This document shows positions 1 to 10,881 of a stretch of DNA of 32,000 bases, piece after piece (position 1 is the stretch's first letter; the number at the start of each line of letters is the position of its first letter). The position numbers and the translations under genes are program-made. Below the pieces are notes generated by a model that saw only the letters and a program-made list of their open reading frames with translations, did not search any database and was not told the DNA's origin. The DNA comes from Methanothermobacter thermautotrophicus str. Delta H (lineage in GTDB: Archaea; Methanobacteriota; Methanobacteria; Methanobacteriales; Methanothermobacteraceae): assembly GCF_000008645.1 (NCBI RefSeq), contig NC_000916.1, forward strand, positions 1,500,001 to 1,532,000, given 5' to 3'.

Positions 1-477
1 TTCGTTGAGTTCCGGGTCCACAGCCTGGAAATCAACCACATCAACCCCATCTGAAGGTTTTTCTGTACCACAGAGGAAACCCAGGACCCTGAGAACGTTT
101 CTGGTTGGGGATTTGAGGTTGTCAATCATTCTCTGAAAGGTCACATCATTGGCATAGAGGTCTATCCTCACATTTTTGAGGGCCCATCCAGGAACATGTT
201 CAAGGGCAACAACCAGGAATCTCTTACCCTTCATTGCAACGGTACCTGTCAGGTCGCTCCTGAGGGGGTTTCCCCTACTTATAAGGACGAGGTCACCCAC
301 GGATATCTGGGTGTCTATGGGGTCACGTCTTCCGTACTTGACAAGGTGAAATCCCAGCTCCCTCCCGGTTATCTTACCGTTCAATCCATTCACAGCCCTT
401 CGAGCCCTCTCGCGCTGTCGGGGGGAAAGCCTCCTTATCTCATTCATCATGGCGCTTATTTCGGCTTCCCTCTCCAT
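1..477 (-). CDS. SF1 helicase (Upf1/IGHMBP2-like), N-terminal ~160 codons only; the gene runs off the left edge
   Basis: The minus-strand frame is open from 546 to position 1. The hand translation ...YIKRLIRLVEMEREAEISAMMNEIRRLSPRQRERARRAVNGLNGKITGRELGFHLVKYGRR...VRIDLYANDVTFQRM... resembles the conserved N-terminal region of IGHMBP2/Upf1-type helicases (ELEREAE helix, beta-barrel insert). The first canonical start is ATG at 477; see the finding on the upstream ATC codon. The listed + ORF 196..510 is its antisense shadow. Confidence 0.6.
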   Translation of the reverse strand, partial: MEREAEISAMMNEIRRLSPRQRERARRAVNGLNGKITGRELGFHLVKYGRRDPIDTQISVGDLVLISRGNPLRSDLTGTVAMKGKRFLVVALEHVPGWALKNVRIDLYANDVTFQRMIDNLKSPTRNVLRVLGFLCGTEKPSDGVDVVDFQAVDPELNE

Positions 478-628
478 TTCAACAAGTCTTATGAGCCTCT
501 TTATATATGATTTCAGCCTGCTGATTCTCTCACCCTCTCCGGATCTTTATAGACTCTCAGAAGATCATATGCTGAAGGGGGTACCATGTCCATTCTGGAT
601 TTCAGGGATTTTAGTCCAGGATCCTCTA

Positions 629-1252
629 TCAGAATGGCGGGTACTCCCCGAAGAATTCCCGGGCATATCTTCTCGCGGTTTCAACCTGCACAGGATACCT
701 GCCTTCAAGACGAAGTTCAAGTTCTTCCCTGGTTTCCGAGGATGCAACCGTCCTGAGGAATTCCACATAGACATCAAGACTCCTGTCTGATCCACCATCC
801 AGACATGGCATCTCAACTGTGAGACAGATATCATCACGTTTGAAGAGCTTCTTACGTATATGTGGAGACACCGATCCTATAAGTACACCCTCTTCAAGTT
901 CTATGAGTGGAGGAACACCCTCAGATGACTTCCTTGACGGATCTGTGAGCTTATCATAGTTTTCCCTGCGGTAGCAGTGGGCCTCAAGGTAGGTTGATGG
1001 CCGGTACTTCTCTATGAGTCTGAGTATCTCCCTCCCCTGGGGGCTCCTGTAGTAGTCAGGGTTGAGGGTGCTGATGTAGGGAGTGGGGTTGCAGCTGTAT
1101 ATTATCAGCCTGCCATTCTCTATGTCATTGAAACCCAGTCTTCTGAGGGCCCTTATGGTGGTGAGACCCTCCCTTCCATGCACACCACCCACAAATAACC
1201 TTACAGGGCCATCCCCCTTATCTATCAACCTGAAAAACCCCAATATGGTCAC
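629..1252 (-). CDS. Conserved archaeal protein with an M14/AstE-like zinc-hydrolase motif (DUF2119-like)
   Basis: ORF track 629..1339. FVGGVHGREG (HxxE-type) followed by a later LEAHCY His resembles succinylglutamate desuccinylase/carboxypeptidase-type metal sites. The ATG at 1339 would overlap ahcY by 77 nt. The GTG at 1252 lies just past the ahcY stop and was preferred, so the start is uncertain. Confidence 0.6.
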   Translation of the reverse strand: MTILGFFRLIDKGDGPVRLFVGGVHGREGLTTIRALRRLGFNDIENGRLIIYSCNPTPYISTLNPDYYRSPQGREILRLIEKYRPSTYLEAHCYRRENYDKLTDPSRKSSEGVPPLIELEEGVLIGSVSPHIRKKLFKRDDICLTVEMPCLDGGSDRSLDVYVEFLRTVASSETREELELRLEGRYPVQVETARRYAREFFGEYPPF

Positions 1253-1262
1253 CTGTGGTAGA

Positions 1263-2516
1263 TCAGGTTCCTTCTTCCCAGTTTTCAAGGTAGAGTCTCT
1301 GTTTTTCTGTGAGTTCATCGATCTCAATGCCCATGGCATCGAGTTTCATCCGGGCAACCATCAGGTCTATCTCATCGGGTGCCCGGTAGACTCCAGGGTC
1401 TGGTTTCTCCTGGAGGAGGTGTCTTGCTGATAGTGCCTGCATTGCAAAGCTCATATCCATTATCTCTGCAGGATGACCCTGGCCACGCTCGGATGCAAGG
1501 TTCACAAGCCTGCCCTCAGCCAGAAGATATATTTTACGTCCATCAGGCATTATGAACACCTCGATGTCCTCCTTAACCTTTCCTGTCTCCCTTGAGAGCT
1601 CTTCAAGGGCCTCCCGGTTTATCTCAACGTTGAAGTGGCCGGAGTTCGCCATGACACAGCCATCCTTCATGTTCATGAATTCGGATTCAGAAACCACGTC
1701 TGTGTTCCCGGTGGCTGTTATGAGTATATCGGCCTCCTTAACAGCATCTGAAACCTTCATAACTCTGAAACCATCCATACGTGCTTCAAGAGCTCTTATG
1801 GGATCCACTTCGGTCACTATTACACTGGCTCCAAGTCCCTCAGCCCTCATGGCTATACCGCGACCGCACCACCCGTAGCCGCAGACCACGACGGTCTTCC
1901 CGGCTATCAGCATGTTGGTGGTCCCCATTATGGAGTCAAAGGTTGACTGTCCGGTACCGTAGCGGTTGTCAAAGAGGTACTTGGTGTAGGCGTCGTTCAC
2001 CGCCATCACAGGGAATTTGAGGGCTCCGTCGGCTGCCATTGCCCTCAACCGGTTTATACCAGTGGTTGTCTCTTCACAGGCACCTATTATCCCATCAAGG
2101 AGCTCCGGTCTCTCCCGGTGGACAAGGAATATCATGTCTGCACCATCGTCTATGAGGATTTCAGGTTCATGGTCCAGGACGCGGTGTATGTTCTCATAGT
2201 ATTCCTCGTTTGTCTCCCCACGCCACCCGTACATGTTGAGTCCCATCTTCGCCCCCGCGGCTGTGGCGTCGTCCTGGGTTGATAGGGGGTTGCATCCGGT
2301 CATGGCGACCTCTGCACCGCCTGCCTGGAGTGTGAGACCAAGGTTTATGGTCTTTGGTTCAAGGTGAAGGCATGATCCTATGGTGACTCCTTTGAATGGT
2401 TTCTCCTCTGAGAAGTCACTTTTTATCCTTTCAAGTACAGGCATGTGTTCCTGAACCCATCTGATCTTTTTTTCGCCCTGAGGGGCCAGTGAAATATCTT
2501 TAACTTTATATGGCAT
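1263..2516 (-). CDS. ahcY: S-adenosyl-L-homocysteine hydrolase (adenosylhomocysteinase)
   Basis: 417-aa ORF with a full-length family look: NAD-binding GYGWCGRG motif, ...HLEPKT..., ...DDGAD... An SD (GGGTGAT) lies 3 nt upstream of the ATG. Confidence 0.95.
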   Translation of the reverse strand: MPYKVKDISLAPQGEKKIRWVQEHMPVLERIKSDFSEEKPFKGVTIGSCLHLEPKTINLGLTLQAGGAEVAMTGCNPLSTQDDATAAGAKMGLNMYGWRGETNEEYYENIHRVLDHEPEILIDDGADMIFLVHRERPELLDGIIGACEETTTGINRLRAMAADGALKFPVMAVNDAYTKYLFDNRYGTGQSTFDSIMGTTNMLIAGKTVVVCGYGWCGRGIAMRAEGLGASVIVTEVDPIRALEARMDGFRVMKVSDAVKEADILITATGNTDVVSESEFMNMKDGCVMANSGHFNVEINREALEELSRETGKVKEDIEVFIMPDGRKIYLLAEGRLVNLASERGQGHPAEIMDMSFAMQALSARHLLQEKPDPGVYRAPDEIDLMVARMKLDAMGIEIDELTEKQRLYLENWEEGT

Positions 2517-2791
2517 TGCATCACCCGGTTAACATCTTGGAGTTCCTTGTCTGTAGATAATAGGTTGTGGGTCATCACTTAAAAATAATTAATGGGCCCG
2601 GGGGGTGTTAATCTCAGGTGAGATCACTGAACTCAGAGAGGCCCTCAATAACGCCATTCAGTGCACTGGAGTGGGATTTCAGGAATTCAGATCTTATAAG
2701 AATGATTGATACTGACATTTTTTCCATAACAGTCCCTGATCACATCCATCATATGCCCTCTGTTTATGATTACTATGTAGTTATAAGCATC

Positions 2792-2820
2792 TGATCAAAA
2801 AATTGATCAAAGGTTTATAA
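2792..2820 (+). promoter_or_regulatory. Putative archaeal BRE/TATA (AAAGGTTTATAA), preceded by two TGATCA palindromes
   Basis: TTTATAA at 2814-2820 lies about 60 nt upstream of ATG 2883, which has a GGGGGG SD at 2872-2877. TGATCA occurs at 2792-2797 and 2804-2809, immediately upstream of the BRE-like A-rich stretch. Confidence 0.35.
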
Positions 2821-2882
2821 GTGAGAAAATTGTTAACTTTATCTAACTATTAAAGGAAAAAGTACATTGTAGGGGGGTTAGA

Positions 2883-3350
2883 ATGAGTGAAATATCTAAG
2901 TATTTAGATAAAATCTATAGGGATATCGCAGGTCCTTTCAAGGATCAAAACATATATGTCCAGAACAGAGAGGGTATAAAAAGCATCAGATTATATGATG
3001 AGAGTGATTTGCATGACGGAGAAAGATCTCATTGGGTAGGGACTTCTCATATCATGATTTTTGATGATGAAGAACCCTTCCTTGCCATCGAGGCAAAAAC
3101 TGTGGCCACTCCCAAAGAAATTGCCGGGCCAGTCCCACTCTACGCACTAACACGTATAGTTAAAATCAATGGAAAACCTTATGATGTGGAATCTCCATTT
3201 CTTCTCCTGATTACAGTTCCAGATCAGCCCAGGGAAGGGCAAAAGAGTGAGCAATTATCTGACTTAGAGAACAAGTTAAAAGATATACTTGATTTAGAGA
3301 GCAAATATTCAAATCTTAAAGATTTTGCATCTGTGAAATTAGCGATTTGA
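2883..3350 (+). CDS. Hypothetical protein in an AT-rich islet; possible PD-(D/E)xK nuclease-fold motif
   Basis: 155-aa ORF with an SD and a promoter-like upstream region. The segment HIMIFDDEEPFLAIEAKT has a D ... E-x-K arrangement on alternating hydrophobic stretches. I did not recognise a family. Confidence 0.6.
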   Translation: MSEISKYLDKIYRDIAGPFKDQNIYVQNREGIKSIRLYDESDLHDGERSHWVGTSHIMIFDDEEPFLAIEAKTVATPKEIAGPVPLYALTRIVKINGKPYDVESPFLLLITVPDQPREGQKSEQLSDLENKLKDILDLESKYSNLKDFASVKLAI

Positions 3351-3534
3351 AAAAAACTCTAAAGGAACTTCTGGAGAATAATGGTTATGGGAAATATGCT
3401 GATGATTTTTAGGTGACCATTCAGTTTTCACTTAATTAAATTTTGGAGTCAGTATAAAATTAAATCACAGGAGACCTTAAAAATAGAAGTTCTGCAAAAA
3501 TAAAAGGAGTTATAAAAAGGGAGTTATCGAGGAG

Positions 3535-5787
<2,253 letters not shown>

Positions 5788-5896
5788 CTAGTAAATTTAG
5801 GTTACTATAATACATGTACAGGTAATCATATATAAATGTTTCGGTAAAGTTTATATACTATTAGATGGATTTTGTGCGATGTGGTATTAAACAGAG

Positions 5897-7222
5897 TTAC
5901 ACAGAAAGGGTCAGGATCACCTTATTGAGGCACCGATACCCCTCAGAAACACCCAGAATCTCCTCATAACACTCCCTGTCAAACACCTTAACTCTGAGGG
6001 TTAAGCTGAAATGATCAGGGGGTATCTGGGGCCCACGGTAAAGGTCAACAATTTTCACATCAACCACACAGTCAAGCAGACCAATCAGGTGTGCTATGAC
6101 CTCTGGATCCACGGAATCAGAAAAAACAGCAGATACATCATAGACCCTCAGATCAAGGTTTTCGACCTTCCAGCGGCGGAGTTCCTCCTCTGACAGCACC
6201 CTGATGTTGGAGATCTTGAACTTCATGACCCTCTTACCGGACCTCAGCATGGCATAGTCAGGTGTAACAGACTCAAGTACACCAACATGTACCCTGCCTG
6301 AATAGATGTGCTTGATGCCAATCTCCTGACCAACAGAGTTCCTCAGCACAATCAGTTCCTGATTAAGTGCCTCTATGGCCTTATCTGATCGGCCGAGTGA
6401 TGCCTCCACGTCATCTATGTTCTTGGCTGCAAGGCCCATCCCTGCCACAAAGTCATCCATTCGCCCATCCCTCAGCATCTCGTTTAGCCTGGTAGCAGTT
6501 CTCAGGAAACAATCACGCATCTCCTGCCCGTAGGTGTTGTGGGTCTGGATCGAGTAGGCAAGGTAGGGGTTCTGGGCCACTATCCTGGCTATCGTATCTA
6601 TCATAAGGTTGTAGATTGGGCTTGCAAACTTACGGGATTCCCTTATGTCAACACCCTCAGCCTCCAGTGTGGCTGCTATGCTTATGTAGGCGAAGTGTGT
6701 GAGGACCTGAACAACACTCATCATACGGTCATGGGTGGATGGGTCGGTGACTATCACACGGGCCTTTCTCTCCTCAAGGAACCGGATCACATCATCAAGC
6801 CAGGGGTTATCCCCGGAGGGTGTTAGGACGACTACCTGCCCCTCAAGGGATGATACACGGGGTCCAAACATGGGATGGGCCGGGATGTAGTGGGCGCCCC
6901 TGGCTATGAACCTCTCCATGACCCTGGCTGGCTCCTCCTTGACTGAGGTCACATCCATGAGGAGTCCGCCCTCCCTTACATGGGGCGCAACCTCCCTGAG
7001 GACATCCGAGGTCACCTCTATCGGGACGGATACAACCACAACATCGGCCAGTGAGGCAGCCCTCACATTGTCACGGCAGTACTTCGCACCTATCCTTCCG
7101 GCGGCTGATCTGCCAGTATCAGGGTCCCTCCCGGTGATTATGACCCTGAAGCCCTCCTTCCTCAGGAACCTGGCTATCCAGTATCCAAGTTCACGGGTAC
7201 CCCCTATGATGCTGATAATCAT
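5897..7222 (-). CDS. tyrA: Prephenate dehydrogenase with a C-terminal regulatory-type extension
   Basis: N-terminal Rossmann motif IISIIGGTRELG, an HPMFGP motif and the SVVQVLTHF helix are typical of TyrA. The start could be 7246 (track) or 7222 (MIISIIGG...), and the latter was preferred. Confidence 0.85.
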   Translation of the reverse strand: MIISIIGGTRELGYWIARFLRKEGFRVIITGRDPDTGRSAAGRIGAKYCRDNVRAASLADVVVVSVPIEVTSDVLREVAPHVREGGLLMDVTSVKEEPARVMERFIARGAHYIPAHPMFGPRVSSLEGQVVVLTPSGDNPWLDDVIRFLEERKARVIVTDPSTHDRMMSVVQVLTHFAYISIAATLEAEGVDIRESRKFASPIYNLMIDTIARIVAQNPYLAYSIQTHNTYGQEMRDCFLRTATRLNEMLRDGRMDDFVAGMGLAAKNIDDVEASLGRSDKAIEALNQELIVLRNSVGQEIGIKHIYSGRVHVGVLESVTPDYAMLRSGKRVMKFKISNIRVLSEEELRRWKVENLDLRVYDVSAVFSDSVDPEVIAHLIGLLDCVVDVKIVDLYRGPQIPPDHFSLTLRVKVFDRECYEEILGVSEGYRCLNKVILTLSV

Positions 7223-7258
7223 CTTACCTACCGTTTCATTATCCATGACATCAAGTAC

Positions 7259-7624
7259 TCACAGCCTATCCACATCATTCCTGAAGGCCTTAACAGCTAT
7301 GTAACCTCCGATACTTCCAAGGAGGAGGCTGATGGCACATACAATCAAGAATCCCACTGACAGACTGAACACATCAGGTCCAACAAGTCCAGCGATTCTT
7401 CCAGGCATCTCTGGCCCGAATATCATCCCGGAGGCAAAGCTGAGAACAGCAAGTATGAGGGATGCGGTACCCCCCTCCCCGGCGCTTCTCCTATCTGGCC
7501 TTGTGAGGTAGGTTGCCAGAAAGCCGGTGAAGGTGTAAACAAACAGTCCATCGATGAAGAAGAGCATCACAAACCCGGCGATTATACTGAGGAAGATTGC
7601 AGTTCCAGATCCATAGTCACCCAT
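7259..7624 (-). CDS. Small integral membrane protein (about 4 TM)
   Basis: Hydrophobic ORF. The ATG at 7624 follows a GGAGTG SD by 7 nt. The track start at 7705 would run through the divergent AT-rich promoter region. It probably forms an operon with tyrA. Confidence 0.6.
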   Translation of the reverse strand: MGDYGSGTAIFLSIIAGFVMLFFIDGLFVYTFTGFLATYLTRPDRRSAGEGGTASLILAVLSFASGMIFGPEMPGRIAGLVGPDVFSLSVGFLIVCAISLLLGSIGGYIAVKAFRNDVDRL

Positions 7625-7725
7625 CACATTACACTCCGAAGCCTTCCATGAGAATACTCCTAGTTTTATAATAGCATTCTTATATATTATCATTAACTCC
7701 GCCAATGATTTTTCAGGGTGAATCC

Positions 7726-8787
7726 ATGAGGATAGTTGAAGAGGATGAGAAGAACGGTGTCATTGAACTCGTACCCGAAACCCTTGATGATCTCTGGCAC
7801 CTCTCACACATAATAGAGGAGGGAGACCTCCTATCAGCCAGGACCACGAGGAGGATACAGGATACCAGTGGAGAGAAGATAAGAAGTGACAGGGGAGTTA
7901 AAAAGACATTTTACCTCGGGATAAGGGTGGAAACTGTCAGCTTCCACATCTACACCGGTAGACTGAGGGCCACCGGCGTTATAGAGAGAGGTCCTGAGGA
8001 CCTTGTACCCATGGGCTCCCACCACACCCTTGAGGTAAAACTCAACACACCCCTGAGGATCCAGAAGGAGCACTGGAGCAGATGGACACTTAAGAGGCTC
8101 AGGATGGCTGTAAGGGCATCAAAGAATCTGAAGGCAATCATACTTGTAATGGAGGATGATGTCGCTGAACTGGGCCTCATAAGACAGTACGGGGTGGAGT
8201 ACAGGGGCCCCATAACAGGCCACATTCCTGGTAAGAGAATACAGCAGAGGGACCGGGGTAAACTGAGGCGGGAATTCTATGAGAGCATCGTGGAGTCACT
8301 CCAGAAGTATGGAGACCTTGAGACAATCATAATAGCGGGACCAGGCTTTTACAAGTCAGATTTCTATGACTACCTCATGGAGAGGTATCCTGAAATCGCA
8401 AAGAAGGCGGTACTTGAGAACACCGGGACCGGGGGGCGCGCCGGCATATCCGAGGTCCTTAGGAAGGGGACGGTTGAAAGGGTATCATCAGAGAAGAGGA
8501 TAGCCTCTGAGATAAGGAACGTTAACGAGTTCCTTGAGAAGCTGGCCAGGGACCCTGACTCCGTTGTCTATGGTAAGGTTGAGGTTATGGATGCCATTAA
8601 CATGGGGGCCGTTGAGAAGCTCCTGGTACTGGACAGGGTTGTTAGCAGGGAGGACATTGAGGGCTACCTCGACATGGTTGAGAGCATGGGCGGTTCCGTG
8701 GTACTCATAAGCAGTGAACACGAGGGTGGAAAGCAGCTGGAATCACTGGGAGGCCTGGCAGGGATTCTAAGATTCAAGATCCAGTGA
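7726..8787 (+). CDS. pelA: Pelota/Dom34 (mRNA surveillance, eRF1-like)
   Basis: MRIVEEDEKNGVIELVPETLDDLWHLSHII... is a typical Pelota N-terminus and the three-domain length fits. A GGTGA SD lies 4 nt before ATG 7726. Confidence 0.9.
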   Translation: MRIVEEDEKNGVIELVPETLDDLWHLSHIIEEGDLLSARTTRRIQDTSGEKIRSDRGVKKTFYLGIRVETVSFHIYTGRLRATGVIERGPEDLVPMGSHHTLEVKLNTPLRIQKEHWSRWTLKRLRMAVRASKNLKAIILVMEDDVAELGLIRQYGVEYRGPITGHIPGKRIQQRDRGKLRREFYESIVESLQKYGDLETIIIAGPGFYKSDFYDYLMERYPEIAKKAVLENTGTGGRAGISEVLRKGTVERVSSEKRIASEIRNVNEFLEKLARDPDSVVYGKVEVMDAINMGAVEKLLVLDRVVSREDIEGYLDMVESMGGSVVLISSEHEGGKQLESLGGLAGILRFKIQ

Positions 8788-8804
8788 CTTCAGGGGGATT
8801 CAGA

Positions 8805-9956
8805 ATGTTCAGGAGACTTGAGGATCGATGCAGGGGATGTGGAAACTGCCGCGAACTGAAATGCAGTGAAAACTGCACTGGCTGCAGGGCATGCCTCCTT
8901 GTATGTCCTGAGGACGCGATCCTGCCAGGGGAGCCTGAAACTAAAGAATATACGGTAGCAGTGAATGGGAGGGATGTCAGATCAGGAGGCACAGTTGGAG
9001 ATGCCCTGGAGGGGGCGGGCCTTAGAAGGGCTATGATTCCGGGTGAGGGGGATGTATTCTCACCCTGCGCGTCCGGGGCCTGCCTTGCCTGCAGTGTATC
9101 CATTGATGGCTGCATCGCACCATCCTGTGTAACACCCCTCTCTGAGGGCATGGTCATAGAGACGGCACCGGAACCTCCACTCAGGTATGTGAGCAGCTTT
9201 GGTCCCCACACAGCCGGTGGAGTTGGAACTCCATTTTCTGAGAAGACAGGGGCTCCCGTTGAGGTGGTGTGCTTCACCCATGGCTGCAACCTGAGATGTC
9301 CCCAGTGTCAGAACAGTCAGGTTGCATTCACATCACAGGGAAACCTGCTTGACCCCCATGAAACAGCAGGGATCCTCATGGGCCTTGAATCCATCTACAG
9401 GACTGGCACTGTCACAATATCTGGCGGTGAATGCACCCTCAACAGGACATGGCTCTCCACAACCATCAGGGCAATCAGGGAACTTAAAGGGGATGTTAAC
9501 GTCCATGTTGACACCAACGGAACCATTCTTACCCCTGAATATCTGGATGAACTCCTGGATTCAGGAATGAACCGTATAGGGATTGACCTCAAGGGTCTCA
9601 GGCCTGAGACCTTCATGGAGATATCAGGGCTGCATGATGAGAAAACCGCCAGGGTTTACCTTGAGAATTCATGGAATGCATTCAGGTACCTTTCAGAGAA
9701 TCACCGGGACATCTTCATGGGCCTGGGGGTGCCCTACAGCAGGTCACTCATATCCATGGATGAGCTCTCAGCCATGGCCTCAAGGATATCATCCATAAAC
9801 AGGGACGTTCAGGTAACCGTCCTGGATTACAGACCCGAATTCAGGCGCAGGGATATTGAGAGACCATCTGAGGATGAGATGATGAGGGTGAAGGATGTGA
9901 TGATTGATGAGGGCCTAAGGAACGTTGTGGTCCAGACATCAGCGGGTTTCAGGTGA
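8805..9956 (+). CDS. Radical SAM protein with an N-terminal 2x[4Fe-4S] ferredoxin motif and a 2Fe-2S-like domain
   Basis: CRGCGNC...CTGCRACLLVCP (ferredoxin-type), VAVNG...C..G.C..C...SC (2Fe-2S-like), then the CNLRCPQC radical SAM CxxxCxxC motif with GGE(C) downstream. A GGGGGA SD lies 6 nt before ATG 8805. The gene overlaps the pelA stop region. Confidence 0.8.
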   Translation: MFRRLEDRCRGCGNCRELKCSENCTGCRACLLVCPEDAILPGEPETKEYTVAVNGRDVRSGGTVGDALEGAGLRRAMIPGEGDVFSPCASGACLACSVSIDGCIAPSCVTPLSEGMVIETAPEPPLRYVSSFGPHTAGGVGTPFSEKTGAPVEVVCFTHGCNLRCPQCQNSQVAFTSQGNLLDPHETAGILMGLESIYRTGTVTISGGECTLNRTWLSTTIRAIRELKGDVNVHVDTNGTILTPEYLDELLDSGMNRIGIDLKGLRPETFMEISGLHDEKTARVYLENSWNAFRYLSENHRDIFMGLGVPYSRSLISMDELSAMASRISSINRDVQVTVLDYRPEFRRRDIERPSEDEMMRVKDVMIDEGLRNVVVQTSAGFR

Positions 9957-9962
9957 TCTGGA

Positions 9963-10727
9963 ATGGATGCGCTATTCATACTGCATGCTTCACAGGATCC
10001 CGGCTCCATAATGGTGGCTGCATTCACTGTAGCTGCACTGACACCTCTCATGGCGGCTCTCATATCACGTATGAGGGATTCGAACCTCTACACTGATGTG
10101 AGGGGAGGAACACCACGGGGCACGGGTCTGGTGCCCTGGATTGTACTCTCTGTCTTCATGCCAGAGCCCCTGAGGTCACCTGTTGTCATCATGGGCCTCC
10201 TGGCCTTCATCGATGACCTCTCAGGAAGGAGAAGGATCCGTGACCTTCCAGTTGAGTGGGGTCAGCTCTCAAGGGGCCTTGGTATCATAGCGGTCACCAT
10301 CCTCACATACCCCATCATGGGACCGGCCGCCCTCCTGGTGGCCCTCATGATACAGCCCCTTAACATTGCAGATATGCAGCCTGGTGTTGCATGCAGCCTG
10401 ACAGTAATCATGTCCCTCCTGGCAGCAGCCATTGCATTCGCGGCTGGTTCAGACATCTACCTACCCCTCCTGGTACTGGCTGTATGCGCTGCCTACTCCC
10501 CCCTGGATTACCTGGGAAGGATAATGATGGGTGAGGTCGGAAACCACAGCTTTGCAGTGGCCCTGGGACTTGCATTCTACGTCGCCGGAGGCGCATGGTC
10601 AGTTCTCATGCTCTTTCTCACAGCCCCCCTCGTCACAGCCATCCTCAGGAGGGGGAACCTCACAGGGTTCCTTGAGGAGAAAATCGGAATTGAAAACCCA
10701 ACTTCGGCGACCTCTACATGGATGTAA
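9963..10727 (+). CDS. Polytopic membrane protein, MraY/WecA/AglH-like (GT4 polyprenyl-phosphate sugar-1-phosphate transferase family), possibly C-terminally disrupted
   Basis: Motifs read by eye: RGGTPRGTGL (K/R-x-GTP-x-x-GG-like), AFIDDLSG (DD loop), LNIADMQPG, MGEVGNHSFAVALG (GD-x-GS...LG-like). A perfect GGTGATC SD precedes ATG 9963. See the finding about a frame change near 10693. Confidence 0.5.
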   Translation: MDALFILHASQDPGSIMVAAFTVAALTPLMAALISRMRDSNLYTDVRGGTPRGTGLVPWIVLSVFMPEPLRSPVVIMGLLAFIDDLSGRRRIRDLPVEWGQLSRGLGIIAVTILTYPIMGPAALLVALMIQPLNIADMQPGVACSLTVIMSLLAAAIAFAAGSDIYLPLLVLAVCAAYSPLDYLGRIMMGEVGNHSFAVALGLAFYVAGGAWSVLMLFLTAPLVTAILRRGNLTGFLEEKIGIENPTSATSTWM

Positions 10728-10881
10728 TGACTGGCGGAGGCCTGGGGGATCTTCTGAGGAGAATTTTACTTGGAAGAAGAAGTTTCAGGGTTGATAACCG
10801 GGTTTTAATCGCAGTGGGTGTGAGGAGGCTTCTCTTCAATCCGTATGCATCTCATGGATCAGAAAATCGGTGATTTAACCA

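Noticed and set aside
196-790. Plus-strand ORFs 196..510 and 449..790
   Set aside because: The minus strand at 1-546 encodes a recognisable helicase N-terminus, and 629 onward belongs to the DUF2119-like gene. The plus-strand translations have no motifs.
2618-2794. GTG-initiated 58-codon ORF upstream of the islet gene
   Set aside because: It has no SD and no motif, it is below the size threshold, and it overlaps the predicted promoter/operator of the 2883 gene.
3320-3412. Possible -1 continuation of ORF 2883..3350 (…VKLAI then LKKTLKELLENNGYGKYADDF*) at a T3/A7 run
   Set aside because: The open stretch is only about 30 codons in AT-rich sequence, where K/N/L-rich pseudo-peptides arise easily, and no motif supports it. 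It is noted only because it would be a third single-base deficit at a homopolymer.
5813-5822. CATGTACAGG, a 10-mer identical to the trpE-proximal TRP-box context, downstream of tyrA
   Set aside because: It is tempting as a TrpY site next to an aromatic amino acid gene. However, it lies after the tyrA stop and about 90 nt upstream of cdc48. TGTACA also occurs elsewhere (for example near 17963), as expected by chance for a hexamer in 32 kb.
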